Under the pieces are notes generated by a model. The model searched no databases and was not told the origin of the DNA. It was given only the letters and a program-made list of their open reading frames with translations. From positions 1 to 64,000 of the forward strand of contig JAAILG010001467.1 in assembly GCA_012026655.1 (NCBI GenBank): 64,000 bases of DNA. The letters are read 5' to 3'. Shown piece by piece: positions 50,913-64,000 of this stretch (position 1 is the first letter of the stretch; each line of letters opens with the position of its first letter). The position numbers and the translations under genes were made by a program. The DNA comes from Hydrolagus affinis (Eukaryota).

Positions 50913-53900
50913 AGCTGTGAGCACTTTATAGTGAATGGGGGGAAATGGTGACTTTTCAATTGGGTACATTTTGTTCTTTGATCCAATACATAACATTTCC
51001 AAATGGGTCTTAATCTTCATCACATTTACAACAAAAAAATCTCAGGCCCCAAATCCTAGAAACATTTAAAAAGTAAAAGGTAAATCAAACAAATTACTTG
51101 CGATATGAAAAACTGGAGCCAAAATACCATCGGTGTAAACAGACCAAATAATTTACCGCCTGTCACCCAATTTTAAGCTCGTAAAAAAATAAAGAGCAAA
51201 GTTCAAGGTGTTGAGGGTAGAGAAGGCACAGGCCACAGATGGGAACCAAAATGAAAGGGATGATTTCAAAGTGTCTTCACATCCCCTCCTCACCCTTTAC
51301 ACAAAAAAGGTAAGGTTACAGATTATCCTCCAGACGAACCATTGTCATGCCACTGAGAAGTTAAGATTGCTGAACTAGCTGGTTCTGCACTTGATAGTTT
51401 GGTGACCTGGACTTTTATAGGGCTCTTCTTGACTACAACAAATGCTGCCCTGATCACTTCCAACAGTATCATATCTGTGTTCACACAAGGTCAGTTGAGC
51501 CTCTATTAGGTCAACTTAAAAAACCAATAAATTCGTACAGTCTGTACATCAGAAAGGCTGTTGACTTTTCTTTCCCATCATAGGCATCCATCATTTTTCT
51601 CCCGTTAGAGCAAGGGGTGTGCATTAATCAAAAATCACAGAGAGCACTTATCAAACATTTGCTCTGGCCACGAAGAGGGCTGCCTGCTTCTCTCAAGCTG
51701 ACAGCTAATGGGGGTGTAATTACAATGCAGAAAGTTGTTTCTATTCCAGTGAATTTAAGATAATGAAGTGAATGAAAATTCATGGTAGTGAAGGCTAAGT
51801 AACAAGGAAACAGAAGTGGAGGCTGCTGTGGCTCCCAGAGGCCAGCTTGCATCATAATTGCCTCCCAGTTGCAAGGGTCCTCACAGATAATTGACCAGAA
51901 AATGATTAAGTCATCATCAAATCACTCTGACTGCAAGAGTTCAAACATGTACTTAACCTATCCAAGAATTATATTTTCACTCTGTGTGTCTGCTCTGTCT
52001 CCAGTCAGCCTTGCGGGGACCTGATTAAAAAGACAACTGAAGGAGCCCACTATCTGATCTTCTGCTGCTGATTTCAATAGAACTTAAACCCATTACTATT
52101 TGCTGAACTCAGAGTTCTCTCTGTGTTATCTCTGCAGCAAAATACACTGTCCAAATTTCCAGACACTAAGATAAGAACTGCAGGCCCCATGACGACTACT
52201 GTTCCTTTTTAATTCTTTTAGAATAAGAAACAAAACACAACAAAATGATAGAAGCCTGCGCACCAGGGAATGAAAATTGCTTTGACATGGAGATTAGGCT
52301 TCAGTATTGTTACAAGACATTGTCTCTTACGTACAAGAATAGGGGGAAAAAAAGGGTATTTTTTCTAGAATGGCCTGTAGATGACCTAATGGGACTACAA
52401 AAAAAGTAAGTCCGCATGACAGTGTTTGGCAGAAGAGTATAAAGGGAGATTTAAAATCTATTGTTACAGAATAGAAATACCAGAGATGCACTAGCCAAAA
52501 CAACAGAGCCACTCAAACATGAGGGCTCAGCATTTAAGACTCTTGTCACTTTTTGCTTATCAAACATTAACAGTTCCTGAATTACAATTTTTTTTAAAAA
52601 AGAGAGTAATCTTGATCTTTAAGGTCCTGACAAGTACAAATGCATCACAAAAAAAAAGCAAATGCCAAAAGAGAAAGTCTCTTCTTTCTGCGGCTTAATT
52701 GTCCCTGTGACGGATTAATGCTTCCCATGGGATACTTCAAGCCCCTGTGTTTGGTGAAGAAACTTCCTAAATATTCAATGAGCACAGTCAAAAGATGCAT
52801 AAAACAAATCAATTTGACACCTTAATCTAGCCAGGCAGTGATGAACCCAAGAGAATGTGTAATGGGGAAGGTGGAGAGTGGGTGGGGGGGAAGAGAAAGA
52901 AAGAAAGGAAAATGAGGCGTTTAATTTAAACCTAGCTGAAAAACGTAGGCATTCCCTGTGGTGGCAAGAGCTTCTCGAAACGAAAAGTAGCTGACAAGTT
53001 AGATGAATGAATTATATATTTATTTAAAAATGTTTTTATGCATCATAAAATTATTCGAGGGTTAGAATTTTTTTTATTTGCACATTAAATTCAGCATATG
53101 TTTGTTTCCTTGTTGCGATGGCTGAAAATATATTGTTATTTACCAGCAAATGGAATATCCCAGTAGAAAATCTTGCTTACTAATTCAAACTCATTATTAA
53201 AATAATTTAGTGTGGCAACAAATCTTATGTGTGAAACCTTTGTTCATACTGATTGTAATTTATACAGATAACAGAATGGTTACATCTCTGGTTAAACACA
53301 AAACTATTAAACTCCCAGAGGTCTTTTTTCTATATTACACATTATATATAGACGCACACTCATTTTAATAATGGATCTACAGGTTACCTCCCCCCCTCCA
53401 ATACTGAAGTACTCTTTAATTGAATAGAAATGCATATTTTAATTATGGAGCTATTAGGGGGTCAGGTGTAATTTTCTTATTTAGTAGTTTTAACAGTAGT
53501 CTTGCTAATACTACACTGTTCTATTTGTGGTCTAGTAATAGTGTCTCATCTAAAATAATCTAGAATAATCTGTCCTGCTACTAGCAAAAAAAGACTCTTT
53601 CTTCCCTCCCTCACCACACACACTTTGTAGTTGTGAGCTTCATAGAACCTGTCCAGCTAGAAGCTAAGATCGTCCAACTACTTAGGGCTTTGGCATGCAG
53701 GGTTGAGAGCAAGTCTACACCGCCAAGACCTACTAATAAGCAAGAAATGCTGGTTAATAATCAATAGTATTTTGGATTAGTACAGACCTGCCTGGTTTTA
53801 TTGGGTGTTTGTTTGTTCAGGAGTCAATTCAACCCCAGGGGGGAAAAAAATCATTTACCTCCCTCCACCAAGAAAGATATTTTTAGGCATTGTTCTCATT

Positions 53901-55371
53901 TTATTGAAATTGAAAGAGTGGAACCTGAACCTGACATTAGTTCACATTGCAGGGTTTACAAAAGAAAGCAAGGTACGCACACACCAGGTTCAGGGAGTAT
54001 CCTGAAAGCAAAAACCGTTCACGTCTTCAACTGTTAAGCAAATTTATTTTGCACTGAGATGCCGAATAATATTGAGCCCCAACTATGATCCAAGTTTGTC
54101 TCAGAATTACAGTAGAATACTTCTTCCTGCTGTTCACACAATTATACAAGTTTACAAACTAACATTGGTCCCTTCTAAGTGTATTTAATATACTTCAAAT
54201 ATTAAAAGTAGCACTAGTTTTTTCTACAAGGTAAAAATTGCTGATGTTAAGGCATTTTGCTTCTGCTGATCATTGCTATTGTTAATCTCCACAGAAATAA
54301 GAGTACATTACACCCACTGCAAATAAACATTATTCTAGCTTCCCCTTCCACTGTGGGGCAGTTTCAATTATCTCTATTGACAAAACAATGTTTCAATGAC
54401 TTGCTACAGAAAGTGTAATAAATTAAAATATCCCTTCAGAGTACTGTATATCAACACTTCAAAATGGGGGTCTATATGTTGATATATTCACCCTCCTGCT
54501 GTTTGAAGCTGCCCATTTGCATTCCTGAATGACTGCACTTTAGGAGTGTAAGAGGTTTCATTCACATCACGTAGATGTGATTTCGGGCCTATACAATTAG
54601 ACACCACATTCTAATGGGTCATGAAGAAAAAGTGACTGCTGGTCGTCCATTTGGTCCGCCCCCACCCCTCACCCCCGTACCCTCCACCCCTTCTGATCAC
54701 AACTCCCAGCTTTGGTCCGAAAAACACTGACTGTCGAGCGAGTTAAGACGTCTTTCCAATGTGAAGGGGTTGCAAGTGCAATTTGTTGTGGCTGTAGTAG
54801 GTACTGTACTTCATTCCCAAGCAATAGCATTGCTAGCAACTGTTGGGAGAAACTACCAGAGCCACAAAGACAACCCCCACCTCCACCCCCAACTGCATGT
54901 ACGCAACACATATTTGTTTATTCAACTTTGCGACCCACTCAGAAGTTCAAATTCTATGGATTTATGTGTGTGGTTTTTTTTGGTGGGTTGGGGGGGTGGA
55001 GGGTGAGGGGAAACAGTGACAACTCAATTCACAAGTGCGTTACACATCAATAGTGCCATCAATATTGAAGGTAGGTCTTGGATTTTTGTACCCAGCAACA
55101 ACAACTTGCGGGGTAGTGTCCTGGAGTGCTTGACTCAAGTCACAGTTAGCAAAATTGTAAACAAGTGCAAAATTAACACCCTTTTTTGTCTCCCGTTTCT
55201 GGATTATATAAACATGCTAGGAGTTAGAATCAAAACCATGAAATTCTACTGTAGATCACTGTTCATTTGGGCCCATACAATTAGACACCAGAATTAATGA
55301 ATAGTGGAGAAAAAATGACTGCAGGTCACACTTCCAGATCATTAGGTTACTGCTGACATTAATAAGTAGTA

Positions 55372-55500
55372 ATAATTAATAATAATAATCCTTACATTTG
55401 GTATTGTATCTATCACGTGCATTGGGAGGACATCCCAAAGCACTTCACAGGATTTACTGCAAAATGAGGTGATTGCAGTATGTTTTGCAGACATGAATTT
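55372..55500 (-). mobile_element. SINE 3' tail
   Basis: aataataataatccttacatttg...cccaaagcacttcacagg. Confidence 0.7.
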
Positions 55501-57230
55501 GTTGCTCATATGCTTTCACAAGTGTTATAAATGCTTCTGGCAGCATTCACAGTGGACCAACACTGCTACAACGCACAGGAAGCTGGCCAGTCCATACCAA
55601 AAATATTATAACCATGAGATTAAATGCAAGGATAAATATTTGACTGAGTTGAATTTTCCCTTCTGAAAGCTGAAGTTTGCAACAGAAGAGAGTAACTTCT
55701 TTTACTTAACTTCACCACCACGGGTATTTTGTACTTGGGAGGCCACAAACTCATACGTAAAGAATGCAAACTTTTCATCAGCATGGCAGACAAAAAAAAA
55801 GTTGGTAGAGGGGGAGGAGAGGGGAATTAGCTGCAGTAACAAAATGCAAACGGAAACATCCACATCTTCCACCAGTTTTTTCCCCATCCCTCTCCCCAAC
55901 CGCAAATGCTGCATATTCATAATTGCCATCATCACTACCTGGCGACATCCACTGTTTCATATCCCATGCAATTCAACTCCATTCAATCTCCCATCCTAAG
56001 CTATCCCAATGAATAGGATCTGCCTGACTCAAATACCCAGTGAGCAATAATGTAAACTGCTTTTGTAAATTAAAGTAAAAGGATTCAATGCAGTATGTCT
56101 AACTAGGTTTGGATTGGAAGAATAGTTATTTAGATTTCAATGCAAAGTTTAGAGGTTTGCTGGGGATCATTAAATTTGATAAACTTCTTTGGAGGCAGAG
56201 CATCTGCAATGGTTAAGAATTATGCTGCCATGAGATAAGTTTTTGGAAATTCACAATACACAGAATATTAGTAAACCTTTTCTTTCAAAATTTTAAACTA
56301 GGAAGTGCCATTAACTTCTTGAGCACAGACAATCTTATCAATTTTCATCTTGGAGAGAAGCCTGGATGCTAGAAGAATTGGAACCAACTAATTATTTTCC
56401 AATTCCCCTTATTTAAAAATCAATATCATACTTGTGCATTTCAGCTTGCTACAGATGGCTGTTGCAATTTTCAAAGGGTTAACTGATTGATATCCATTTA
56501 CTGGAAGGGGAGAAGGACATTGATTTGAATATTGTCGTTTGATGGTCCACTGGAAAAGATTGGTACCAGAATGATGCTTGGTTCCAGTGGTAAATGGAGA
56601 CAGCGAATGTCCAGGCGCAAGTGAAAGAAACATTACCCTTTGATAATAAATTGAAATCACTTTTTAATACTTTGCCCATCACAATGGATCATTATCCTCG
56701 GTTTAGTAGGAATCAGTTTAGTCTCTAGCAGGAAATAAAATACTCTGTGGACTGTTTGGCAGTTCAATCACAAGAGACAATTTTTTTTTAAAGTTCTGTT
56801 CAACGTGCTCCGAGTTAAAGTTACCAGAAATTCAAAATGGTAGGGAAAAAAACTTTTTAATTTACTTACAAATTATTTTCCTGGAAGGAAGTAATTACTG
56901 AGTTTTAAATGTGTTCTAATTAAGGAGAGACTTGGGGAGGGTGTGGGGGAAAATTGACGGCTCAACGGAAAAACACAAATACAAAGTGGGGTTAAATTTA
57001 CGAGGAGCAGAGGGAGGGTGCAGCTGTGTGACTGGACAGCCTTCACATCCTCATTTGAATAATGTGGCCTGAATCTGTCACTTTATTCATCCTCCTTATG
57101 CTCACTGTATGCTACATCAAAAACAAATTAAGTGGTAAATAGAAGACAATAATCACCATTGTATTTTTTCTTCCCCCCGCGCAGTGGCTGTGAAAAGAAA
57201 GAGGCAAGAAAGAATCCTCCTATCTCTTAC

Positions 57231-57338
57231 CTTCACGTCGGAGAAGAACATCTTCAGCATGTTGGAACTAGGGTACCGGGTGTAGAAGAACATTAGTTTG
57301 GCCTTTTTCAGGTGAGTGGGCGACAGACCTTCCTGAAT
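57231..57338 (-). CDS. PROX1: Prospero homeobox protein, coding exon homologous to human PROX1 exon 3 (start of homeodomain)
   Basis: Minus-strand translation is [36 protein letters not shown] (108 bp, phase 0), matching the PROX1 homeodomain start. Donor GTAAGA begins at 57230. The acceptor is U12-type: TCCTTGAC branch point, then AC. PROX1 versus a close paralog such as prox3 cannot be settled without synteny. Confidence 0.93.
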
Positions 57339-57363
57339 GTGAGATGCTGTTCGTCAAGGAAAA
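57339..57363 (-). promoter_or_regulatory. U12-type intron 3' end: branch point TTTTCCTTGAC and AC acceptor
   Basis: The minus strand reads TTTTCCTTGACgaacagcatctcAC|ATTCAGGAA. TCCTTRAC is the U12 branch consensus (57360-57353), the branch A lies about 15 nt from the exon, and there is no polypyrimidine tract. Use of the AC gives a 108-bp exon. Confidence 0.88.
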
Positions 57364-60300
57364 CATATAAAGCAATCATGGCAAACAACGCTGCAATAGG
57401 AAGGAGGGAGGAACGGTGGGGGACAGACCTGCAGAGCAAACCCTTAGTAACCAGGCGAATGAGTGAACAAACCGAAAAGAACATCAGCTGCCAAAATTCA
57501 ACGATCGTCCAATCTGTGATTATTTCACATTTGACTTTATCTGACAAAAGTTTTTTAAAAATATTTTTAAAACAGCAAGTGTACAATGATAGATAAGGCG
57601 AAAAAATAATGCCAGAAGCAATGGTTTGCGTTCTTCACACAAAGTTTACTGTTTGATCCCTATGGTTATTGTTGAAACAGCACCAAACATAGCAGCTGTT
57701 CAACACCCTCGTCCACAACTAAAAGCAAATTACTCAACAGTAGCTCATTTTCTTTGCAATGGAGAAGTTGCAAATCTGCACTGATATTTAACAGGTTGGT
57801 GTGTGCTGCAAAATAAGTTCACGGACAATGAGGCTATTATTCTAATGTTAACAATTAAACATCCTGACTCATAACGTAGGACATTGTATGCATGGACACA
57901 TTATACTGGGAGGTCACTAGGTAGATCTGCAGACTCCTGACCTAGCAAGGATACTGAACTAAAGATATCAAAGGTTAGATTTCTGACAGTCAAAAAGTCC
58001 CTAAGGGCCATCTGATCAATAAATTATTTCTTACACTGATAAAGAATCCCATTTATCTGCAAATATTATTACCCTTCAGCATTGTAGACAGAAGCTTCCG
58101 AAAATAGTTCCCAAGAGAAAGTTTAATGTGACACTAACCGTAACAATCTAGCAATTCTGATTTTCATTCAGTATCCCGAGCACTCTTTTGTGTGTTGTGC
58201 TTTCGTACGGATTTGGCACATCTGTGCTGCAGATCGCCCCACCATTTCCTCCACAAATTAATGGCTTTATAATTTATCAGAAATGAAGATGCATGTGGAG
58301 AAAATCAATACAGGCTCCACAAGGTCAATTAAGGGGTCCTTTACAGAAGTCATTCTAAACTCAGTCCTTTGAAGAGTGCTTTTTAAAGTAGCAAAAATGC
58401 TGTTCGTTCCGAGGGTTTCCTAAGTCATCATACAAGGACCTACACATTTATATCAGAAATGAAACTATTGGAAAAGAGGCTTTATCTGAGTGAGCAAACT
58501 GTTTAGCAACTCGATCAAGCTGGTCCTTTGTGCTCTGGAAGCTTAATGATGGCAAAGATGATAACTCATGATTGACATGCTTCTTGTACCAAGAGGGAAG
58601 AGTTGAAAAACCTTCTGTGACCTCCATTAGTCTGATAGGGAAGACCAAAAGAGCATTACACTCTCCACTGCCATCTGTCATAATGCATAAGTGAAATAAC
58701 GATGGCAAATGAAAGGAAGTGCAGCAAGCTGTTCTGTAGTGCCTTGTGAAGTGCAGAGTATTAAAAGAATCAGTGCCTGCTTGCATTTTACGGACTTTAG
58801 TAGCAAACTAGGAACAAAACAAGCAGAATCTTCAAACATTTTAAAGATCTGCATTAAATACTCCACAGTGGAAAAATGCAGATGAGATAGGATTTAACCT
58901 CAATGGGATTTTAATTCTATTCAGAGATGCATCATCTTAGAATCTACTAGTCAATTTCAGGTCAAAAATCATAAATTTAAAAGCTTGTTAAGAAATTCAA
59001 TAGTACAAATGACTTTGGAAACCACTTGTAAACATATAAGAGCAAAGCTGAAATAACAACATTAAGATATAATTATGAAAACCCCGAAAAGTTTCATTGT
59101 AAACTTTACAATAATCCTTAAAGATCCAGTACAAGTATAGAATCTTATTAAAACTGATGAGGGACTCAAAACCATGCCTTTAATATAGAATATTTAGCAT
59201 TAGAAAGCCATTTTTATGTATTCACCTAATGCCTCTTTCATTTTACAATGGAAATGCAACACTGGTTAACACACTATCCACTTAACTGAATCACTTCTTG
59301 TAGTATGAGAATTTGTAAATTGGCATCTCTTTCCCAGAATATCTCCTTTGAATTAAAAGTGCGAGACTTATTCATTCAAATGATTTTCATTTGTGCCATC
59401 AGCGCTGCCCTTTGGCTAACCTACCGATTTGCACACTCTCCCAGGTGACCACGCATTGAAGAGTAATAACTTGCCCCACCCACTTCGCAAAAACACGCAC
59501 AAAGTTGCCAGAGTAGAATTATATTTCTGATTCCAACGTTTAAAAAAAATTGTTACACCAGGCCACGTAAATTTCCTGTTCTAAAACAAACACTTTGGAA
59601 AGTGGGACAATAGTTCAAATAAATTTTATTTTTTCTAAAAAACTGAAAGCATAACTCGTCACTTTTGCTGAAAAGTAATTTAATTGTTAATCCAATATTT
59701 GAATAATTATTTCAGATATGCCAAAATAATAAAATCCCACAAGATTCGGCAAGTTACATGAAGCGACCTCACAGAATTGCATCTGTTGTGCCAGAGGCAC
59801 TTTGGCAAACATAAGATAATATCATATTTATCGTGTAGAAACCTCCAAAGGCAAAACACAAAAATATGAAGCTAGCAAGGTGTTAACTGTAAAACTACTG
59901 GATCTTTTCCCCATTAAAAAAATCAGGCCAAAGGTGTACTATACTTTAAAATCATTACTGCTTGTCTCTTAACTTAGTAACTGTGTAACATCCAGAAAGT
60001 ATGGGTAAATATATTCAGTTAGCATCACTTTAATGCTGCAATGTACCAACATGAAATCTTGCACAGTAAAAAGCAAAATAGAAAACAATTAAAATTTAAC
60101 TTCTTGAAACAATAAATATCCAAATCAGGCCAAGATTATGCACAATGCACAATTATTTTTTCGGCATCAGCAAAGACAAACCTAATATCGGAATTCAAAT
60201 CATACAAAAACTATTGATAGAGTGGTTATAATTTTAGAACTAAAAATGTTTATTCATCCAAGAGATTTAGAATACAGTATTGGTAAAGTTGTCACTTTAA

Positions 60301-60846
60301 CCTGTTTGAAATTGTAACATTGTACATTTTTTAATAATAATTTATTTCCAATACATGCAGATTTTCAGTGGGTAATTTGTATTGCAATTCATTTCAGGAT
60401 CATTATTTTGTATCTAAACTCCATTCAATTGTTTGGGATATTCAAGCTTGGCTTTTGCCACATTTGTGTGAAGCTGTCGTAACACAAGTAATTTATCATT
60501 GATTAGGTTTAGTAAATTTAACTTCTAAATTAAAAAAAAGTGAGTTACACCAGCTCTGACATGTTTATTTGTTGACTAATTACTTTGGTTGACATAAGTC
60601 AATATAAACTAGGTGACTATATTAGGCGACAGCTTGTTTTAATTTCTGTTCAGGTTATGAGCACTCACGGGAATGACGGATGACAGTGGAAGCTGAAAAC
60701 TGAACGTCATGTCGCTCTGCTTTCAGCAGAATAATACAGCACAAACTTCATCCTTCACAAAAAAATTGGGAAATCTCCTAAATTAGGTAAAAGTTCAGGA
60801 GTACATTTCACCAAATTTTCTGAACATTTCTACTGAAAATATGTAC

Positions 60847-61407
60847 AAAATATTGTGCCAGGATTTTTTTTTTAACATGCAAAAATTATGAGCGGTGCAA
60901 AATCCACAAAATTATATTTTCTACTGAAAATATGTACAAACTCCACATTTGTGAAATGAGTGATTGCCGTCTACAAATTACTGCATCTAGATGCTTTCAA
61001 ATAAAGAAGGCACAGACACAGTAGAGGAGCAGACACAAATTGCTCAGTGGATCTTTGTCACCAGCGTGGTCTGGTTACAAAGGTGACAAAAAGTGCAGAA
61101 GTAATCACAATATTCTTCCTCCACTTCATCCATTATTCAGAACATAAACAGGTTGAAGACAATAATCCTTCAAGTCTTCAAGTTGGGAAGCTTTGCACAA
61201 TAATAATACTGCGCAAACATCATTTAGCGTTACAGCTAAGGTTTTCACAATGCCGTCATTGGCAGAATTGGAAAATAGGTTTAAACTACATCCTTCCTTG
61301 TGCTAATAAATCTTGACGACTCTCATTATGTACACTCATTTAGTTTTGTGGACTTTGCACCACTCATAATTTTTGCACATTTAAAAAAAATCCTGGCACA
61401 ATATTTT
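60847..61407. repeat. Inverted repeat with ~65-bp arms (60847-60911 and 61344-61407)
   Basis: aaaatattgtgccaggattttttttttaacatgcaaaaattatgagcggtgcaaaatccacaaaa versus the reverse complement of the right arm, aaaatattgtgccaggattttttttaaatgtgcaaaaattatgagtggtgcaaagtccacaaaa. Confidence 0.9.
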
Positions 61408-64000
61408 CATCAGTGTCAATTTACCCCAGTTCTTTGAGGGCACAAAATAATGCAAAAAAAATGGTCTAGTCTGAAACTGTACTGTGGGTGGCTTATTTCT
61501 GGAGAAAGTCCGATTGCACGATAATTTAAAATATTTATATTGTGGAGCAAAGCACTTCAGATCAAATCTTAAACAACATGGTCTTGTATCACCACAAATG
61601 TTTTGCCTACATCTATACATATATATATATATATATAGATATATATACTGTCAATTTACTTTACAGTATATTTTGTGAAGCGCTTTGAGACTTCTAGAAG
61701 ACATGAAAAGCTCTATATCAAATGCAAGTATTATTATAATATAATAAACAACAATTATCATTGCATTAAAGACATTGCTAATTGCCCACAAAAAAACAGG
61801 CCCTACAATTGTAAATTTGTTGAACACAGCTCAGCAATTTCCCTTCATAATTCTTGGTGGAAGGAAGAAAAAGCCAACCAACATCTAGATCATACCACAT
61901 TGAAAACAAGCATTTTATATTCTTATTGATAGTAAATGTGAAGTATGTGACTAATGCATTGGTTCGCGTTTGATCAAGATTAAGGAGATATTTTTGTATT
62001 GTAAAAATGCACAAAAAAAGGTCTAACCTCTGGGACAGACCTATTTTAGGACAGACCTATGAATAGTCTTCATAAAATAAAGAGTGAAATAAATATACTG
62101 TAATAAATGAAGTTTTTTTTAATGTTTCATAGAGGCTTTAAAATGCATTTGACAATCTTTATTGTTCTACATTCAGTCACCATGAAGGTAAACTTTAATT
62201 ATAGAGCAACCAAAATCAACACAAAAATGTGTTCACTGCATTAAGGTGGGTGCCCAAAGCAAGGCTTATAATTCATATTCTTAGGCATGATGCTTTGTGT
62301 AATTGACAAGAAAATATCCTAAAAGTACAGCACATAAATAGATATCCATGGTTTGCCAAATAAAGCAAAACTGACCAATTGGTCAATCTCCCTTTTAAGT
62401 GCTTATGCTCAAAGCAACTGTTCTTCCAAGAAAGCGTTAGCTGTTTCTAGGATACTTACACACGCACAATGACTCATGTTGGAATAGATTTGGTAAACAT
62501 ACAGCTGCACAGAATGCAAGTGCAGCCCATTCAAAGCCAGAAGAAACGAGCACAAATAAATATTAAGGAGGTAAGAAAACGTACAGCTCTGTCCCAGCAG
62601 CTCATGTGGCTCACCTCATTCTCTCCACTTCAGCTTTGTTAAGACAGATGACATTCAATTCTACATGTCATGCAAAATAGACAATAACTGTTGAAACTTG
62701 AGCCAGCTGCCAGGTGTAAAAAAAGAAAAGATGATAAATCCATAAATTAATGAAAGACATCTGCTCAGGAAAATAAAAGATCAGAGAAATACTGCACTGC
62801 AGCTGAACCTAAAGCAGTGTTCAAACACCCCGCGTTTGTGTATAGTCTGCATATGGACTTTCCTTTTTTTAAAAAAAGGCAAATATGCAGCGCTACCTGA
62901 GAGGCAGATAAAAGTCGATGTGTCTTTTAGTGTAGTACAACATGGAATCCAACAATCAGACCAGAAACTGAACCAATGCCACAACTGGGCTATTAAATAT
63001 GTTTCTTAATACAGTACGCTACATATGAGAAATGATAGAATTATATATATGTATATTTTTTAAAATAGCAAACTAAATGTTAACTTTTATTTAGACACGT
63101 GTTTTACAATCCCTACTTGTAAATCCATTCTTCCCAATAGAGAACCAGCATTGAAATGCATCCAATCAAAAAGCTTTAAATAATGAAAATCATCATTTTT
63201 AAATGGCAGTCCTGGTTTTTGCCTTTTGTGCTACTTTAAAGATGTGTCTAATGTAACTAATTATATATAATACAAGCGCATAATCAAACAATATTATAAA
63301 CTGACTGAAGTTCCAGTGGTTTTTGGCCCATCCCCATTTACTATTTATCCCATCTCAAGTTCCCATCCCTGAAATGGCATCTTAGTCTCTGTGGATCCAT
63401 AGAGATTCACTGTTCAGATAGCTCAGCATTGTATAATACTATAGCTCTGTTCCAATTTGCTGCATGCAAATATTTTTGGTTTCGTACAAGGCCATTTTCT
63501 TGAGAATGCAAAGAGGGTGCGTGACATGGAAGATCATGCCTGTAATCTTGAAAACAATTGTTCAACTGTTTTCTTTATAATTTGAATAAAACTTGTGTCT
63601 GATTAATATGATTTTCATTCACAACACTATGGAGCATATCCATGGTGAAATGTAAATTTGTAAGCTGAGGTGCACCTTTATACAAGTCCACGTTTCACTT
63701 TTATCCACCCCTTCTCCTTCGATTGTATTGAAGACTGACTCCTTTACATAACAGAAAACAGTGTAATATCTGTTGCTTGTTGTGTTGGAGGACAATACAA
63801 TTACTGGAGTGAAAGGAAGCTGAGTGATCTGCTGAATTAACAATTGATTGAAAACACCCATCTCTGAAAAATCTTACTCTATATAGACAGATTAAAAAAT
63901 ATTGGGGGCAATTAATAAACCAGATCAGTTTATGATAAACCTAACTGTGAATTTTGTTACCCGTGAAATATGTTAAATAGCTATTAAATTAAGAAATGGC

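Noticed and set aside
57947-57954. GTATCCTT (U12 donor consensus) on the minus strand inside the U12 intron; similar 8-mers at ~13585 and ~25451
   Set aside because: A few such 8-mers are expected by chance in 64 kb, and no exon is evident upstream of them.
1-64000. CRISPR arrays, rRNA, or prokaryotic and viral systems
   Set aside because: No regularly spaced repeat-spacer array, rRNA motif or gene-dense segment. The window is a vertebrate gene with long introns.

Overview
Vertebrate genomic DNA, probably from a cartilaginous fish (shark or chimaera) judging by its repeat families; the taxon is an inference. The window holds the 3' part of a Prospero-homeobox gene (PROX1 or a very close paralog) on the minus strand. 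Three coding exons encode the homeo-prospero domain: 57338-57231, 48355-48161 and 8945-8760 (stop). They are separated by introns of 8,875 and 39,215 bp and followed by a probable ~7.8 kb, almost repeat-free 3'UTR ending near an AATAAA at 987-982. The intron upstream of the first visible exon ends in a U12 (minor spliceosome) branch point and an AC acceptor, with an in-frame CAG 6 nt downstream, recalling the Drosophila prospero twintron. The introns carry many tRNA-derived SINEs with L2-type tails, Deu-domain SINE relics, L2 and CR1 LINE fragments, three Tigger/pogo-like TA-targeting MITEs, a Penelope-type terminal fragment with a minimal hammerhead-ribozyme-like motif, several direct and inverted duplications, and enhancer-like motif clusters. 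There are two assembly gaps. None of the supplied ORFs is a real host gene; the recognisable ones are LINE fragments. Repeat boundaries are approximate. I found no clear evidence of a wholly new biological system, but several checkable oddities are listed.
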